Assembly: GCA_963817895.1 (NCBI GenBank)
Contig: CAWFQB010000003.1
Coordinates: forward strand, 576,001 to 640,000
DNA length: 64,000 nt
DNA from: an uncultured Chthonomonadaceae bacterium
Lineage (GTDB): Bacteria; Armatimonadota; Chthonomonadetes; Chthonomonadales; Chthonomonadaceae
Reading direction: 5' to 3'
Shown: positions 30,915 to 42,690 of the stretch, piece after piece
Position numbering within the stretch: position 1 is the first letter of the stretch
Layout of the letters: every line of letters starts with the position of its first letter
Notes under the pieces: model-generated
The model's database searches: none
Told to the model about the DNA's origin: nothing
What the model saw: the letters and a program-made list of their open reading frames with translations, nothing else
Made by a program: the position numbers and the translations under genes

Positions 30915-31048
30915 CCAGGGATCTGACAATCCCTGTCTGCGACAAAACAATCTGTCCTTCGGACGTCGGTGAATCGTTCGCAATAATTGAGTCTGTCGTC
31001 CGTAGGACGCTATGCTCTGTTCCTGCCGGCTGTTTTCATACACCCGGC
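30915..31048. repeat. REP/REPIN-like palindromic element, copy A (degenerate)
   Basis: ccagggat..aatccctgtctg...gtccttcggacg...cgtccgtaggacgct...ccggc.gttttca...cccggc. Confidence 0.7.
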
Positions 31049-31555
31049 AGGAGTCGATTCAAGAGCTTGCGGCAGGGCGGCGCGCAGCCGTTCATACACG
31101 ACCGGCAGGCTTTCGGGGATAACGCGGGTATCGGCCAGCACGGTCATGAAGTTGGTGTCGCCGTTCCAGCGCGGCACAATGTGCCAGTGCAGATGGTCGG
31201 CAATGCCCGCGCCCGCCACGCGCCCCATGTTCAGGCCGCAGTTAAAAGCGTGCGGCGCAAACGCGGCTTGCAGCATCCGTATAGAGACGCGCGTCAACTC
31301 CATCACTTCCAGCATCTCTTCGGGCGTATAGGCTTCCAGACTGGCGGTATGCCGGTAGGGAACCACCATCAGATGCCCGTTGCTGTAGGGAAAAGCGTTT
31401 AGAATAATGAAGGCGTGTTTGCCCCGATGGACAATGAAATTCTCCGCATCATGTTCTTCCCCTTCGGCGGGAAAGTCGCAGAAAATGCAGCCATGCTGCT
31501 TGTCCGCCGCCTCGATATACTTTAAGCGCCAGGGCGCCCAGAGTTGTTCCGCCAT
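31010..31555 (-). CDS. HIT family hydrolase (Ap4A phosphorylase/FHIT-like)
   Basis: LWAPWR..YI, CIFC, LNAFPYSNGHLMVVP, HLHWHIVPRW.GD.NF. Confidence 0.93.
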   Translation of the reverse strand: MAEQLWAPWRLKYIEAADKQHGCIFCDFPAEGEEHDAENFIVHRGKHAFIILNAFPYSNGHLMVVPYRHTASLEAYTPEEMLEVMELTRVSIRMLQAAFAPHAFNCGLNMGRVAGAGIADHLHWHIVPRWNGDTNFMTVLADTRVIPESLPVVYERLRAALPQALESTPAGCMKTAGRNRA

Positions 31556-31583
31556 ATCGTAAAATTACCTCAACAGGATAAAC

Positions 31584-32568
31584 TTACTCGCACCAGGGAT
31601 ACGACCAGCCGTGCCGCCAGGCGTGAGAATGAAGTTGGGCTATGATTTCTTCGGACAGGCGGGCATCGGATGCCGTCATGTTGGCGTCCACATTGGCTAA
31701 ACGGCGCATCCCCGGCAGCACGGAAGACACGGCGGGATGATGCAGGCAATAGCGCAGGGCAAGCAGGGCAAGCGTGGGCGTATCGGCATCCAGAAACGCT
31801 TTCAGGGGCGCGACATGAGATTCCACTTCGGCAAGGCGTTCGGGCGTAAAGTATTGACCTCGCCAGTCGTCCGGGTGAAAGGTCGCGCCCGGACGCAGGG
31901 TTCCCGTCAGCGCGCCCTCTTCAAAGGGAACGCGGGGCAGAATTCCCACGCCATTGGCAAGCGCGGCGGGAAACAAATCCTGCTCCGGGGCCTGCTCGAA
32001 GATGTTGTAAATCACCTGGATGGCGTCCACGCGCCCGGACTGCGCCAGCCGAACGCCGCTTTCCGGCGCGTAATCGTTGATGCTCACCCCGAACGCGCGA
32101 ATTTTGCCCTGCTCTTTTAATTTGACAAACCCCTCGTACCAGTCAAGCTGCTCGTTGTACTCGTCCGTCCAGGCGTGGAGTTGCAGCAAATCCAGCGTTT
32201 CCACGTTCAGGTTTTTCAGGGTGCGCTCGGCGCACTGAATCACCCAATCCACCGGGAAACTGTCTTTTACATTCACATCCGGGCGCAGGGGCCACTTCAT
32301 TGTTTTCGGCGGCACTTTGCTTGCCACATAGATACGCGTTTGGTCGCTTGCCCGCTCCCGCAACACTTGCCCGATAAGGGTTTCGCTGTGGCCGTCCCCG
32401 TAGCCATAGGCGGTATCCAGAAAGTTGCCGCCCAGGTCGAGATAGCGGTGCAGGGCCTGTTTTGGCTCCGGCATCATCCACCGCGCCCCATCCGCCGCCA
32501 ATGCCCCACGCGCCGAATCCGATTTCGCTGACCTGCCAGCCCGTCCGCCCCAGTGTTCGATACTTCAT
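31584..32568 (-). CDS. Aldo/keto reductase (frameshift near 32480)
   Basis: [52 protein letters not shown]. Confidence 0.92.
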
Positions 32569-32656
32569 GAACGCTCCCTATGAATATTGATAGTCTACCT
32601 CTGCATACTTGCCATCCTCGTAATTTGTTCCTGTCAAATTGTAGGGTATGCGCGGC

Positions 32657-32685
32657 TTGACCCTTCTCCACAAATGCGGTACACT
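32657..32685 (+). promoter_or_regulatory. Sigma70-type promoter for lipA
   Basis: TTGACC-N17-TACACT. Confidence 0.6.
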
Positions 32686-32719
32686 GAAAGAGAACTATTT
32701 TGAGGGATGAGGGATATTT

Positions 32720-33643
32720 TTGACGACAACAACCCGATTGCCGGAGTGGCTTAAAAAGCGCGTTTCCAGCCCGCAGACGGTGGAACTGGTTGAAAGCAAA
32801 ATGCGGGGCGCGAAACTGCATACCGTATGCGAAAGCGCGCGCTGTCCCAACATCGGCGAGTGCTGGTCAAAGCAGACGGCTACGTTTATGATTTTGGGCG
32901 ACATCTGCACCCGCAATTGCGGTTTCTGCGCCATTAAAGTGGGCCGTCCTGAAGCCGTAGATGGGGACGAACCGCGCCGGGTCGCGATTGCCGCGAAAGA
33001 GATGGGCTTGAAGCATGTCGTGGTAACAAGCGTTGCCCGCGACGAACTGCCGGATGAGGGCGCGACGCATTTTGCCGATACCATCCGCGCTTTACGGGAC
33101 GCCATTCCCGGCGTGATTGTCGAAGTGCTGACGCCCGACTTCAAGGGTAAGCGCTGGTGTATCCGCCGCGTGGTGGAAGCCCATCCCGACATTTACAACC
33201 ATAACATTGAAACCGTTGCCCGCCTGTCGCCGACCGTGCGTCCCCAGGCGCGGTATGAGCGGACACTGGATGTGCTGCGCGCCGTGAAGAACATGGACGC
33301 CACCATCCATACCAAATCCGGCATGATGCTTGGATTGGGCGAAACCCATGAGGAGATAGTACAGACCCTGCGCGACCTGCGGGAAGCGGGCGTCAGCGCC
33401 GTCACCATCGGCCAGTATTTGCAGCCGTCGCAATCCGGCTATCTGCCCCTCGTGGAGTTCGTTCACCCGGATCGCTTTGCCGAGTACGAGAAATTGGGCG
33501 AGCAGATGGGGTTCGCGTTTGTCGCGTCCGGGCCATTCGTGCGCTCCTCCTACAACGCGCAGGCGTTTTCCGAAAAGCTGCTGTCCGAACGGCTGGCTCA
33601 GGTCGGCCTCGCCCCGCGTCACGAAACGCCCGCTGCCGCGTAA
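32720..33643 (+). CDS. lipA: Lipoyl synthase
   Basis: LHTVCESARCPNIGECW, CTRNCGFC, VVTSV.RD.L.D.GA, NHNIETV, GP.VRSSY. Confidence 0.97.
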   Translation: MTTTTRLPEWLKKRVSSPQTVELVESKMRGAKLHTVCESARCPNIGECWSKQTATFMILGDICTRNCGFCAIKVGRPEAVDGDEPRRVAIAAKEMGLKHVVVTSVARDELPDEGATHFADTIRALRDAIPGVIVEVLTPDFKGKRWCIRRVVEAHPDIYNHNIETVARLSPTVRPQARYERTLDVLRAVKNMDATIHTKSGMMLGLGETHEEIVQTLRDLREAGVSAVTIGQYLQPSQSGYLPLVEFVHPDRFAEYEKLGEQMGFAFVASGPFVRSSYNAQAFSEKLLSERLAQVGLAPRHETPAAA

Positions 33644-33652
33644 ATTAACTGG

Positions 33653-33780
33653 AATACCAGGGATTGAAAATCCCTGTCTGGAAAAAGCAAGCGTCCTGCG
33701 GACGCGAAAATCTTGAATGGAGAGTCGCGTCCGCAGGACGCTTGCGCTCTCCTGCCGGGAATTTTCAATCCCCGGTATTT
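33653..33780. repeat. REP/REPIN-like palindromic element, copy B
   Basis: aataccagggattgaaaatccc...aagcgtcctgcggacgcg / cgcgtccgcaggacgctt...gggaattttcaatccccggtatt. Confidence 0.8.
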
Positions 33781-33873
33781 GTAACACCCGTTTGATTTTG
33801 TAAATCCTCGGCGCGTGGTGTCCTGCACGTTACCCCCAACGGCTCCGCGCCGCGCCAGAGTGTATGAGGCGCC

Positions 33874-36800
33874 ATGCGACGTCTTCGTGTCTGGATCAAT
33901 ATAACCCTCTTTGTCGTTCCCGTCGGGCTTGTTGGCGTGGGCAGTGTTGGCCTTGTCAAAAATGTGTGGAACTATCTGAACACGGACGCGCGTTTGGCCG
34001 GGGTGCTGTCAACGGAAGCCACCCGCGCGCTCGGGCGCGAAGTCCGCGTACAGGATATTCATTTCCGCTTTGCCCCCTGGAGTTTGCGCCCCAACCGCGT
34101 GGAGATTTCCGGTATCTCAGTCGCGCAGTACCCCACCATCAACAATATTCTTTTTGCCCATGCCGATAAAGTGATTATCTGGTTCGATCTGAATCAGGTT
34201 CTGTTCGGGAAGGACAAGACCGTCCCCTATGTGGACGAACTTCAGGTAATCGGGCCACAAGTGACACTCAGCCGGGATGCGCAGGGACACTGGAACTTCG
34301 AGCAGATTTTCAAGCCGACGCAGGGAACCAGTCGGCCCTTTACGGGCAAAGTCTCCTTTTCCAATGCCAGCCTGAACTACTCCGACCAGCGGTTTCCCCA
34401 TCCGGCAGGCGTTGCTTCGCGTCCGTTCCAAACCCGGCTGACAGGGTTGGCGGGTGTGGTGGAGATTCGCCCGGATAAAAGCGCCGCGTTTGATGTGCAG
34501 GGCGATCCCGACGCTACGCTGCTGCGCCATTTCAAAGCAACGGGAATTGCCGGTTTGAATCCTCTGCGCGTAGATGCCCGCGTGATCGCCAGCCGCGTCA
34601 ATCTCCCGTATTTCGCCGGACGCTTTGTTCCCTCCGCGCGTGGACGCCTGCTTTCCGGCATTGCCGATTTGGACGTGTCCGCCCTGTACGCGCCCCCGCC
34701 CGGTACGCCGCTTGCTTCAGTTGACCTCAACGCCATTGACGCGCATGGAACCCTCAACGCTTCCAGTCTCAGCCTGACCGGACCGCAGTTTGAAGGGCCG
34801 GTGGAGAACGCCAGTCTGAACGGCGTGTTTACGACGGACAGTTTTCAGGGCAGCGCGTCCGGGCAGTACGCGGGCGTGGTCCTATCGGTGCAGGGGCAGG
34901 CGCTCGGCCTGCTGAAGCGGGAAACTCTGCCCGATGGCAAACAGCGTACCTCACTCGCGTTGCCCACCGTTGCTTTGCAGGGGCAGACGGGGGCGGTGGA
35001 CATTGCGCGCGTGTTATCCGTGCTGCATCTGGATCGGCGTTTGCCGCAAGTTCCCGCCCCGATCCGCGCTAAAATCGTACAATCGAGCGGGCATATTCGC
35101 AGCCTGTCGTTTCAGATCGTGGGCGACATAACCAATCCGACGGTTTCCGCGGCGGGGCATGTGGATACGGCGCGATCTTTTGGGTACAGCGCCGCGAACG
35201 TCGACCTCCGCGCCCTGCTCGACAACCATATTGTCACTGCCGATGCGCGGGGCAAGGTGGAGGGCGGCGATGTGGCGGCCCGCGCCCGCGTATTGACGCA
35301 GGAACCCGGCACGTTTGACGTGGAAGCCCATGCGCGTAACGCGCGGCTTGCCGCGTTGAGCAGCCTGCTGAAACGCGATATAGCGGGGCGGGGCGAACTC
35401 GATTTGACCATGCGCGGACGCCGCCATCAGCCGCCCTACATCAGCGCGCAGGCGCAGGGATTCGACGTAAAGCTGAACAATCAGAACTTCCATTCCCTGT
35501 ATGCCCGCGCCGCAACGGTAGGTCGGAACCTTGTTGTGCGTACCATTCGACTGGAAGACCCCAAAGGCTATGCGTTTGCCAGCGGAACTGTAGACCTGAC
35601 AACACAGCAACTGAAACTCAACGTGGCGGCGGACAATCTGGATTTAAGCGCGATTCTGAAAGCCGCGCAAACAACCACTTCCAAAGCCAAAACCAGCGCG
35701 TCTGCGCCCGGTAACGCTACGCCCGCCAATGCCCTCACTGCCCAAAACCAACCACCAACCACCAGCCACCAGCCACCCTCCTCCCCTCTGCTGGACGTGA
35801 ACGCCATTCAGGGACAGGGATTTTTCGGGGGCGCGTGGACGGCACACTGGGCAACCCGGAACTGAGCGGGCGTATCAGCGCGTTCGGCGTTCAGGCGGGG
35901 CAGGCGGGAATGGATCGTATCCGCGTAGATTTCAGCGCGTCCAAAGATGCCGTGATTGTGGCGAAGGGGACGGCGGAACGCTATCCGGGCAAAATCACGT
36001 TTTCGGGGCAGGTGACGAATCCGTTGAGCAAAGACCCTGCCGTTCAAATTCGGGCAAACGCGGATCATGTAGACGTGCCGGATTTGCTGCGACTTGCCGG
36101 AGTCCAAACGGGATTGGCCTTAAATGTGTCCAACAATTCGCCCCAAACTTCGACCGCGAAGAAGCCGCTGGACGAGTATGTGATTCTTGGCTCTGTTTCC
36201 ACCAATCCCATTCTGTTGTCGGGAACGCTGAAATCGCTGCGCCTTGCCGAACCCGTAACCCTCACCGGCGACAACGTATCGGTAAATGGCCTGCCGATTG
36301 AAAACTTGAAAGCGATTGCCGCGCTCGACAACAACGATTTACGATTGGAATCATTCCGGGCGGAGTTGGCGGGCGGCAGCGTGACGGCAAGCGGCAGCCT
36401 GTCCAACCTGCAAGACGCGATAGAAGGCAGGCTGGCGCAGTCGGATATAAACGCCACTGTCAACGCGGTCAATCTCGACGCGGGGCGTATTTCCGATGTG
36501 CTGCCCGTCAGCCTGCTGAAATATAGCGTGGCGGGAACCCTGAACGCGCAGGCTATGGTATCGGGAAATCTGGAAAATCCCCGCGTTCATGCCACTGCGG
36601 ATACGAGCGGCGTGATGTTAAGCGATGAGGCCAACCGCGTTATAAACATTGGAACCGTCCGCGCCGAAGCCACATACGCCGACAAACAGATTACCTTCAG
36701 CCGGTTGAGCGTGAATCCATTCACCGCGCCAACGGGAACGGGGGGGCAAATCGAAGCGGAACAGTTAGTCTATGATCCGAACAGCAAGGCCATTCGGGGA

Positions 36801-39149
36801 GTGGTAAAGTGGAACGGATTGGAGTTTCAGCGCCTGCGCGAACTGTTCGCGAAAAGCCCGTTTACGCAGTCGGATGCCGGCAAGCAGGTTGTGGATCAAA
36901 TGAACGCGCTCAGAGGCTCTGTGAGCGGCAGCACGACGGGACAGGTGACACTGGGCGGCACGACGGACGACCCCACTGGAGATTTGACCTTCAGCGCGTC
37001 CGGTATACGCATTGAAAACCGCGCCATAACTCTCATTTCCGGCAGCGCATTCGTGTCCAAAAAGAGGCTGCTCATCCCCTCGGAAACCTCGCCAATCCGC
37101 GCGCTGATTGTGCAAAGCCCGGATATAGACATTGAAGTGTCGAAGGTGGACGCCAATTATGACCGGAGCAAACCCGCGACGGATTTGAGCGCGAGAAAAC
37201 TGGAAGCGGACGCTCGCATCAACAAACTCAATCTGGACGCGATACGCCAGTGGCTGCCCGCCGGTATAAGACAGGACTCGTCTCAGTCGAAATTGACGGA
37301 CACGCTCGATCAGCTTGGCGGCGGCGAAGCAACAGCGATTATTGTGGCGTCGGGAACCACAGTGTTGCCCGTGATAGACGCCTCCCTCAACCTGAAAAAC
37401 GTTACCATCCATTCGCCCAATCCGAACATTCCCGATCAGGTTATCAGCCGTATTGATGTGGCCCGTATAACCGCCCGCGAAGGCCAGATCGCTATGGAGA
37501 ATGTCGAATTGGCGAAAACGGTGTTCGACCCCAAAACCGAAGCGCTTCTCGCCCATTTCGACGCCACCGCGCGGGGCAGCATCGCGTTTTCGTGGACGCC
37601 GCCGTATATCAAGCCGGATGCCGTAATTGAAGGGGAGGCCAAAGTGCCGGAGCAGGGACTGGATGCGCTTGCCGCATTCGGTCAAAACCTTAACATCACC
37701 AGTGACGGCAAGTTTTCCATGCGAGCCACGCTGTCAGGAACATTGGACGATCCGCAGGCGTTCGGCGCGCTGATGGTAAATGCTGACAAGGTGCAGTTCG
37801 GCACAAAAGATACGGGTTTGAACCGGACGGGTTTGAAAGACGTGCGGGGCCAGATTGATTTTGTCAGCGACCAGATTCGGATTCACGACGGCTTTACCGC
37901 CCGGACGCAGGTATTCGGAGGCAAAGGCAAACCCGATGATCCCAAACAGGCCAGCAATCCCATTCAGTTGAGTGGATTTATCCCGCTGAAAGGCCGCGTC
38001 GCCGAAGGGATTCGTTTACAGGCGCAGCACATTGTTTTCGAGGAAGCGCTGCCGCCGGGAGGACGCGCTACCGGAAGCGTGAAGGGGGAAGCGGATGCCA
38101 ACCTGCATGTGTTCGGTTCGTTGAACAATTTCACGCTTGGCGGCGTTGTGGATGTCGCCAATACGATGGTCACGCCGCCGGGAGATTTTGGCGGGGCAGG
38201 GGGCGGTTCGCTCGCGCTGCCCATCAATCCCCGGCTGGATTTGACCGTTCGCCTGAACAAAAACGTGCGGATGCGTACCGGCCAGTTGAACGCTCTGGCG
38301 CAGGGTACGATTTCCATCGGCGGGCGGCTGTTACAGGACGATCCCAATGCGCCTGCGCCCACCCGCACCGACCCTGCCACACTACTGACGCCCAATAGTC
38401 CCACTCTTGCTGGTAAAACGCCGCAACGTTTAGGTCTAACGCTCAACGGCAAATTGACCATTCCCGAAGGAAGCCTGACTCTGCCGACCGCGCGCTTTAC
38501 GATTTTGCCGCCCGGGCAACTGGTACTCACCTATCCCACGACGGATACAACGGGTACGGGCGCGCCCACTCTGGGAATAGACGTAGACTTGCGAGCGCGA
38601 ACGAATAATCTGACGGCAACTTCCCTGTCCGGCGTTCGTAAAAACTATACCGTCACTGTCGCGGCGCGTGGCCCCATTTCGGGAGCCACGATTGACCCGC
38701 TGACGGGCGAGTCGCGGCTTGCCCTCAACTTCACTACAGACCCCAACGATCTGGCCGTCAATCAGCAGGCGCTTCAGCAGCGGCTTGTCGGCGTGTTGGG
38801 CGCGGACGCGCTCGGGCAGTTCGGCAGGAATCCGGGGCAGGTACTGGCGCAGCAATTGACAAATGTATTGACGAGTTCCGTAGTTCCGGGCGTGTTCGAT
38901 CAGGTAGCCCGCGTCACCGGCTTTGAAGAACTGGCGGTCAACTACGACCCGGTACAACACTTCAACTTTATTGTGAGCCGCCAGATCGTTGGCCCCTTTT
39001 ATGTCCGGTATACGCGCACGCTTGGCACGACGCCGGAACAGTACGACCTGAAACTCAGCCTCCGCTTCAAGAACAATTACCAGTTTTCCTATGAAATGGA
39101 CGAGTTGAACACGCATCGTTACCTGTTTGAGGGGGTTTTCCGGTTCTGA
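33874..39149 (+). CDS. tamB: TamB/AsmA-family translocation and assembly module protein (frameshift at the T6/G5 runs near 35820)
   Basis: N-terminal TM anchor, repeated beta-taco-like segments (G.L.NP...G), DUF490-like C-terminus, position upstream of bamA. Confidence 0.82.
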
Positions 39150-39313
39150 AAATCAGCGTATTTGCCGCGAATTTACGAAAACACAGGCGGAAATGGTGTA
39201 CAATATTAAAGCGAATTATTTTTATAAGCAGTGGCGCGCCTGCCGGGAGCAGCGGGGAAGCGTCCGATGTGGAAAATTTTACGGGTAATCGGCAAATAAT
39301 CGCCCGCTGCAAG

Positions 39314-39339
39314 TGTAACAAAACTTCCCGGTGTTCGTC
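39314..39339 (+). promoter_or_regulatory. Putative ECF-type (autoregulatory) promoter
   Basis: TGTAAC-N16-CGTC upstream of the ECF sigma gene. Confidence 0.45.
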
Positions 39340-39480
39340 CTATCCGAAAGTAGCAGCAAGCCGTATCGAATTCGATCCCGCACCGCCAGACGGCCATGAG
39401 TATCGGAAACCGTGTTTGATTTGTTTGTGGATTGTTCTTTCCGATTTGTCCGTTTGCATCCCATTCCTGGAAGCGCCGCA

Positions 39481-40263
39481 ATGTCCTACAGCGAGGCCCA
39501 ACAACCAGACGCCCTTGTTCAACTCCAACGGTATGTTTCCCGACGTATGGGACATTGTGAAGACCGGGATGAGACGAGCAAGCAGGCGGCGCATACGCCG
39601 CAGCCCGATAGCGGCATCATGGGAGCCGCTTCGCCAGCCCGACAGCGCGACACAACTCCGGCTGCTTCCAAAGCGCGCGCCGTTGCCGCCGCCAATGCCT
39701 TTATGCCCGAAGACGCTGACCGCAGCCTCCCCTTCGATGATCTGGTGGCAAAATACCAGAAGCGCATCTTCAACGTCATTTACCGCAAAATTGGGGACTT
39801 TGAAGAGGCGACGGACTTGACGCAGGAGACCTTTATCAATGCGTTCAAGCATTATGAGGGGTTTCGGGGCGAGGCCAAAGTTTTTACGTGGCTGTACACC
39901 ATCGCCAACAACCTGTGCATCAATCGGATGCGGCAGCGCGAACGGCAGCGGGGGATGCGAATCGAGTCGCTGGATCAGCCCCGCGACAGTGACGATGATG
40001 ACGGCCTGACGCGCGAAGTGGCGGATTATACCCACGCGCCACAGGCGGTGCTGGAAGACAAAGAATTGCGCCAGCGAATTCTGGCCGCTGTGGACAGCCT
40101 GCCGCCGGACTACAAAGAGGTGGTCATGCTGCGCGAGTTCCACGACATGTCCTACAACGAGATTGTGGCTGTTACCGGGCTTTCGCTGGAAAACGTCAAA
40201 ACCCGTCTGTCCCGCGCGCGCGGCATGCTGCGCCGCAAACTCGAACCGTACATTAAGATGTAA
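39481..40263 (+). CDS. ECF RNA polymerase sigma factor with N-terminal extension
   Basis: Region 2 F..LV.KYQ.RI...EA.DLTQETF...F.TWLY.IA.N; region 4 LP..YKEVV.LRE...SY.EI....VKTRLSRAR. Start uncertain. Confidence 0.92.
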   Translation: MSYSEAQQPDALVQLQRYVSRRMGHCEDRDETSKQAAHTPQPDSGIMGAASPARQRDTTPAASKARAVAAANAFMPEDADRSLPFDDLVAKYQKRIFNVIYRKIGDFEEATDLTQETFINAFKHYEGFRGEAKVFTWLYTIANNLCINRMRQRERQRGMRIESLDQPRDSDDDDGLTREVADYTHAPQAVLEDKELRQRILAAVDSLPPDYKEVVMLREFHDMSYNEIVAVTGLSLENVKTRLSRARGMLRRKLEPYIKM

Positions 40264-40381
40264 GGTTTTAGGGTTCTATGGTTTTAGGGTTTTAGGTTTA
40301 CAGGTGTCGAGGGCGCATTAGCCTTGATTTACTTGAGTACCCTGAAACCTTAAAACCCTAAAACCATAGAACCCTAAAACC
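40264..40381. repeat. About 42-bp inverted repeat built from (GGTTTTAG)n 8-mers
   Basis: Left arm 40264-40305 and right arm about 40340-40381 are near-perfect complements. Confidence 0.85.
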
Positions 40382-40414
40382 CTAACCCCCGGCAGTCAGG
40401 AGAGAGCAAACAGT

Positions 40415-42409
40415 ATGAAGAGATCATTATATGGACGAAGGGCGCTGTCGCCGCTTTGGTTTGCCACAGCTTTGCCCGCCGCCGGTTTGGCGCTGTTGGG
40501 GACAGGCGCGCCCGCGCAGGCGCAGGCAAATAAAGAGGCCGTAGAAACCGTATTGCCGACTGCCGCTTCCGCGCCACAGGCACAGCCTGCCGCGCCCGCC
40601 AAACCCGTTCAGGATACCAAGCCCGCCGCCCCGCCCACAGACCCCAACGCGCCCGTAATCAGCGAAATCGTGGTTGTCGGCGCGAAGACGCTTTCCAAAA
40701 CCTATATTATCACTCTCAGCGGGCATAGCATCGGCGACCCCTGTAACGCCGACGTGCTTTCCGACATGCGAACGCGCCTGTTCGCGTCGGAATATTTCGG
40801 CGGACACAGCATCCATGATGAGGACGCCGTGCGCGTGACGGCAGAGGAAAAACAAAACGAAAAGGGCAAGTGCATCGTCACCATCACGGTTGATGAGAAC
40901 GATACGCTGACGGGCATTCAACTGACGGGAACCGGGCCGCTCAAGGTAGAGGACGTTCTGCCGCTCATCCATCTCAAACCCGGCTCCGCGTACAACGGCA
41001 AACAGTTTCTGCTGGATTCGCTCGACATTCAGAGTATGTACCAGAAGAAGGGCTACCTTGCCACCGTTGCCGATACGCAGATTGACCCCAACGGCATTTT
41101 GAACGTTACTATTGTTGTGACCCGCGTGGCGGAAATCAAGATCGTCGGCAACAAAAAAACCCGGCGCAGCCTGATTTTGCGGGTGATGAACACCAAAGAG
41201 GGCGACTACCTCAATATTCGCACACTGGATCGCGACGTAACCAATGTGCTGAACACCGATTTGTTCGAGAACGTGAACCCGACGGACTCGCAGCTTGGCG
41301 CGGGCCGTGTCGTGATTACGATGAATGTCACGGAAAAACGCACGGGAACCATCACGGCGGGCGTGGGATACAGCAACCGGGCGCAGATCATCGGGTTTGC
41401 CGAAGTGGTGGAAACCAACTTTCAGGGCCGGGGCGAGGCCGTCAATATACGCGGTGAAGTGGGCGGCGTTTCGGGACGGCCAAGTCTGGAAGTGGGCTTT
41501 ACGGAACCCTATCTCGATAAGCAGAAAACGTCGGGAACCATACAAGTTTACACCAAAACCGTGTACCGCTTTTCCAACAGCCTGTCCAACAATGTCGCCA
41601 CGCAAAGCACGTCGGGAACCAACGACCGCTACTTCGAGCAGCGCACCGGAGGAACCCTGACCCTGAGCCGCCCATTTCTCCAGACGTATCGCGGCGCCCT
41701 GTCTTTCCGGGGTGAAGATGTTCGCACGGACAACCTTGACCTGTCCGTTCAAAACGCGCAGATCATTCAAAACGGCCCGATCTTCGTGTTGAGCGGGCAA
41801 CTGCTGCACAACACGCGCGACCTGGACATAGATCCCGTAACGGGCGGATTTCAAACGAGCAACATTACCGTCGGACATGCCGATTTGAATGCGCCGCGCA
41901 CTTTCACGGGCATTACCATTCCTGGCGTGAGCGGCAGCGTCAACTTCTCGAAACTGTATGTGGAAGCGCGGCAGTATTTTAGTCTGAGTGGCCCGCGCCG
42001 CCCCGGCAAACTGACCGAAGACAAATCTTCCGTCGCCATGCGGTTCCAACTGGGATCGTCTGCGGGAACGCTGCCCTTCTTTGAACAATACTTTGTGGGC
42101 GGCAGCGAAAACCTGCGCGGCTATCGCGATGACCGCTTCTGGGGCAACAACCTGTTTCTCGGCTCCGTTGAGTTTCGGCAGCCGATTGCCCGAAAACTCA
42201 AAGGCGTGTTGTTTATGGATGTCGGCGATGCGTGGGGCGGCAGCTACGATAACGTCAGCATCCCCGGCTTTACGCAGAACGGTTTTTCGCCGCACGTAGG
42301 CGTCGGCCTGGGCATCCGCGTAAATACGCCCATCGGCCCGCTGCGGCTCGATTACGGCATCGGTGACGAAGGCGGCCGAACGCACTTCAGCATTGGCCCG
42401 ACGTTTTAA
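40415..42409 (+). CDS. bamA: Omp85/BamA outer-membrane assembly factor
   Basis: Signal peptide, POTRA domains, N..GRG, GG..NLRGY, TPIGPLRLDYG, C-terminal Phe. Confidence 0.93.
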   Translation: MKRSLYGRRALSPLWFATALPAAGLALLGTGAPAQAQANKEAVETVLPTAASAPQAQPAAPAKPVQDTKPAAPPTDPNAPVISEIVVVGAKTLSKTYIITLSGHSIGDPCNADVLSDMRTRLFASEYFGGHSIHDEDAVRVTAEEKQNEKGKCIVTITVDENDTLTGIQLTGTGPLKVEDVLPLIHLKPGSAYNGKQFLLDSLDIQSMYQKKGYLATVADTQIDPNGILNVTIVVTRVAEIKIVGNKKTRRSLILRVMNTKEGDYLNIRTLDRDVTNVLNTDLFENVNPTDSQLGAGRVVITMNVTEKRTGTITAGVGYSNRAQIIGFAEVVETNFQGRGEAVNIRGEVGGVSGRPSLEVGFTEPYLDKQKTSGTIQVYTKTVYRFSNSLSNNVATQSTSGTNDRYFEQRTGGTLTLSRPFLQTYRGALSFRGEDVRTDNLDLSVQNAQIIQNGPIFVLSGQLLHNTRDLDIDPVTGGFQTSNITVGHADLNAPRTFTGITIPGVSGSVNFSKLYVEARQYFSLSGPRRPGKLTEDKSSVAMRFQLGSSAGTLPFFEQYFVGGSENLRGYRDDRFWGNNLFLGSVEFRQPIARKLKGVLFMDVGDAWGGSYDNVSIPGFTQNGFSPHVGVGLGIRVNTPIGPLRLDYGIGDEGGRTHFSIGPTF

Positions 42410-42517
42410 TAAGAGCCTATCCCAGTAGGCCGGGTACAAAGAACGTACCCGTCTGAGTGGCCTACGGCCAAGCGTCCTTCGGACGCAAATGCAATCGCCT
42501 GTTGGGATAGGCTTTAA
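42410..42517. repeat. REP-like element copy C, bounded by 15-bp terminal inverted repeats (MITE-like)
   Basis: taagagcctatccca...tgggataggctttaa; the first 79 nt match 54602-54680 with 3 mismatches. Confidence 0.85.
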
Positions 42518-42690
42518 GGCGGTTGGTGGCTGGTGGTTGGTAGTTCCGTGCGATTGCCAACCGGCTGAAATTTTTGCGGGGCAGGCATGTATCTGCTATA
42601 ATAGGGCTGTCTGACGCGCTTAACAACAAACATAGTTAAGGTTTGCCGGTTTTTCTTGCGCAAACCTGTGGATTTGAAAGGGATTTCATC

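Noticed and set aside
40427..42439. 670-aa ORF antisense to bamA
   Set aside because: Shadow ORF of a well-supported gene.
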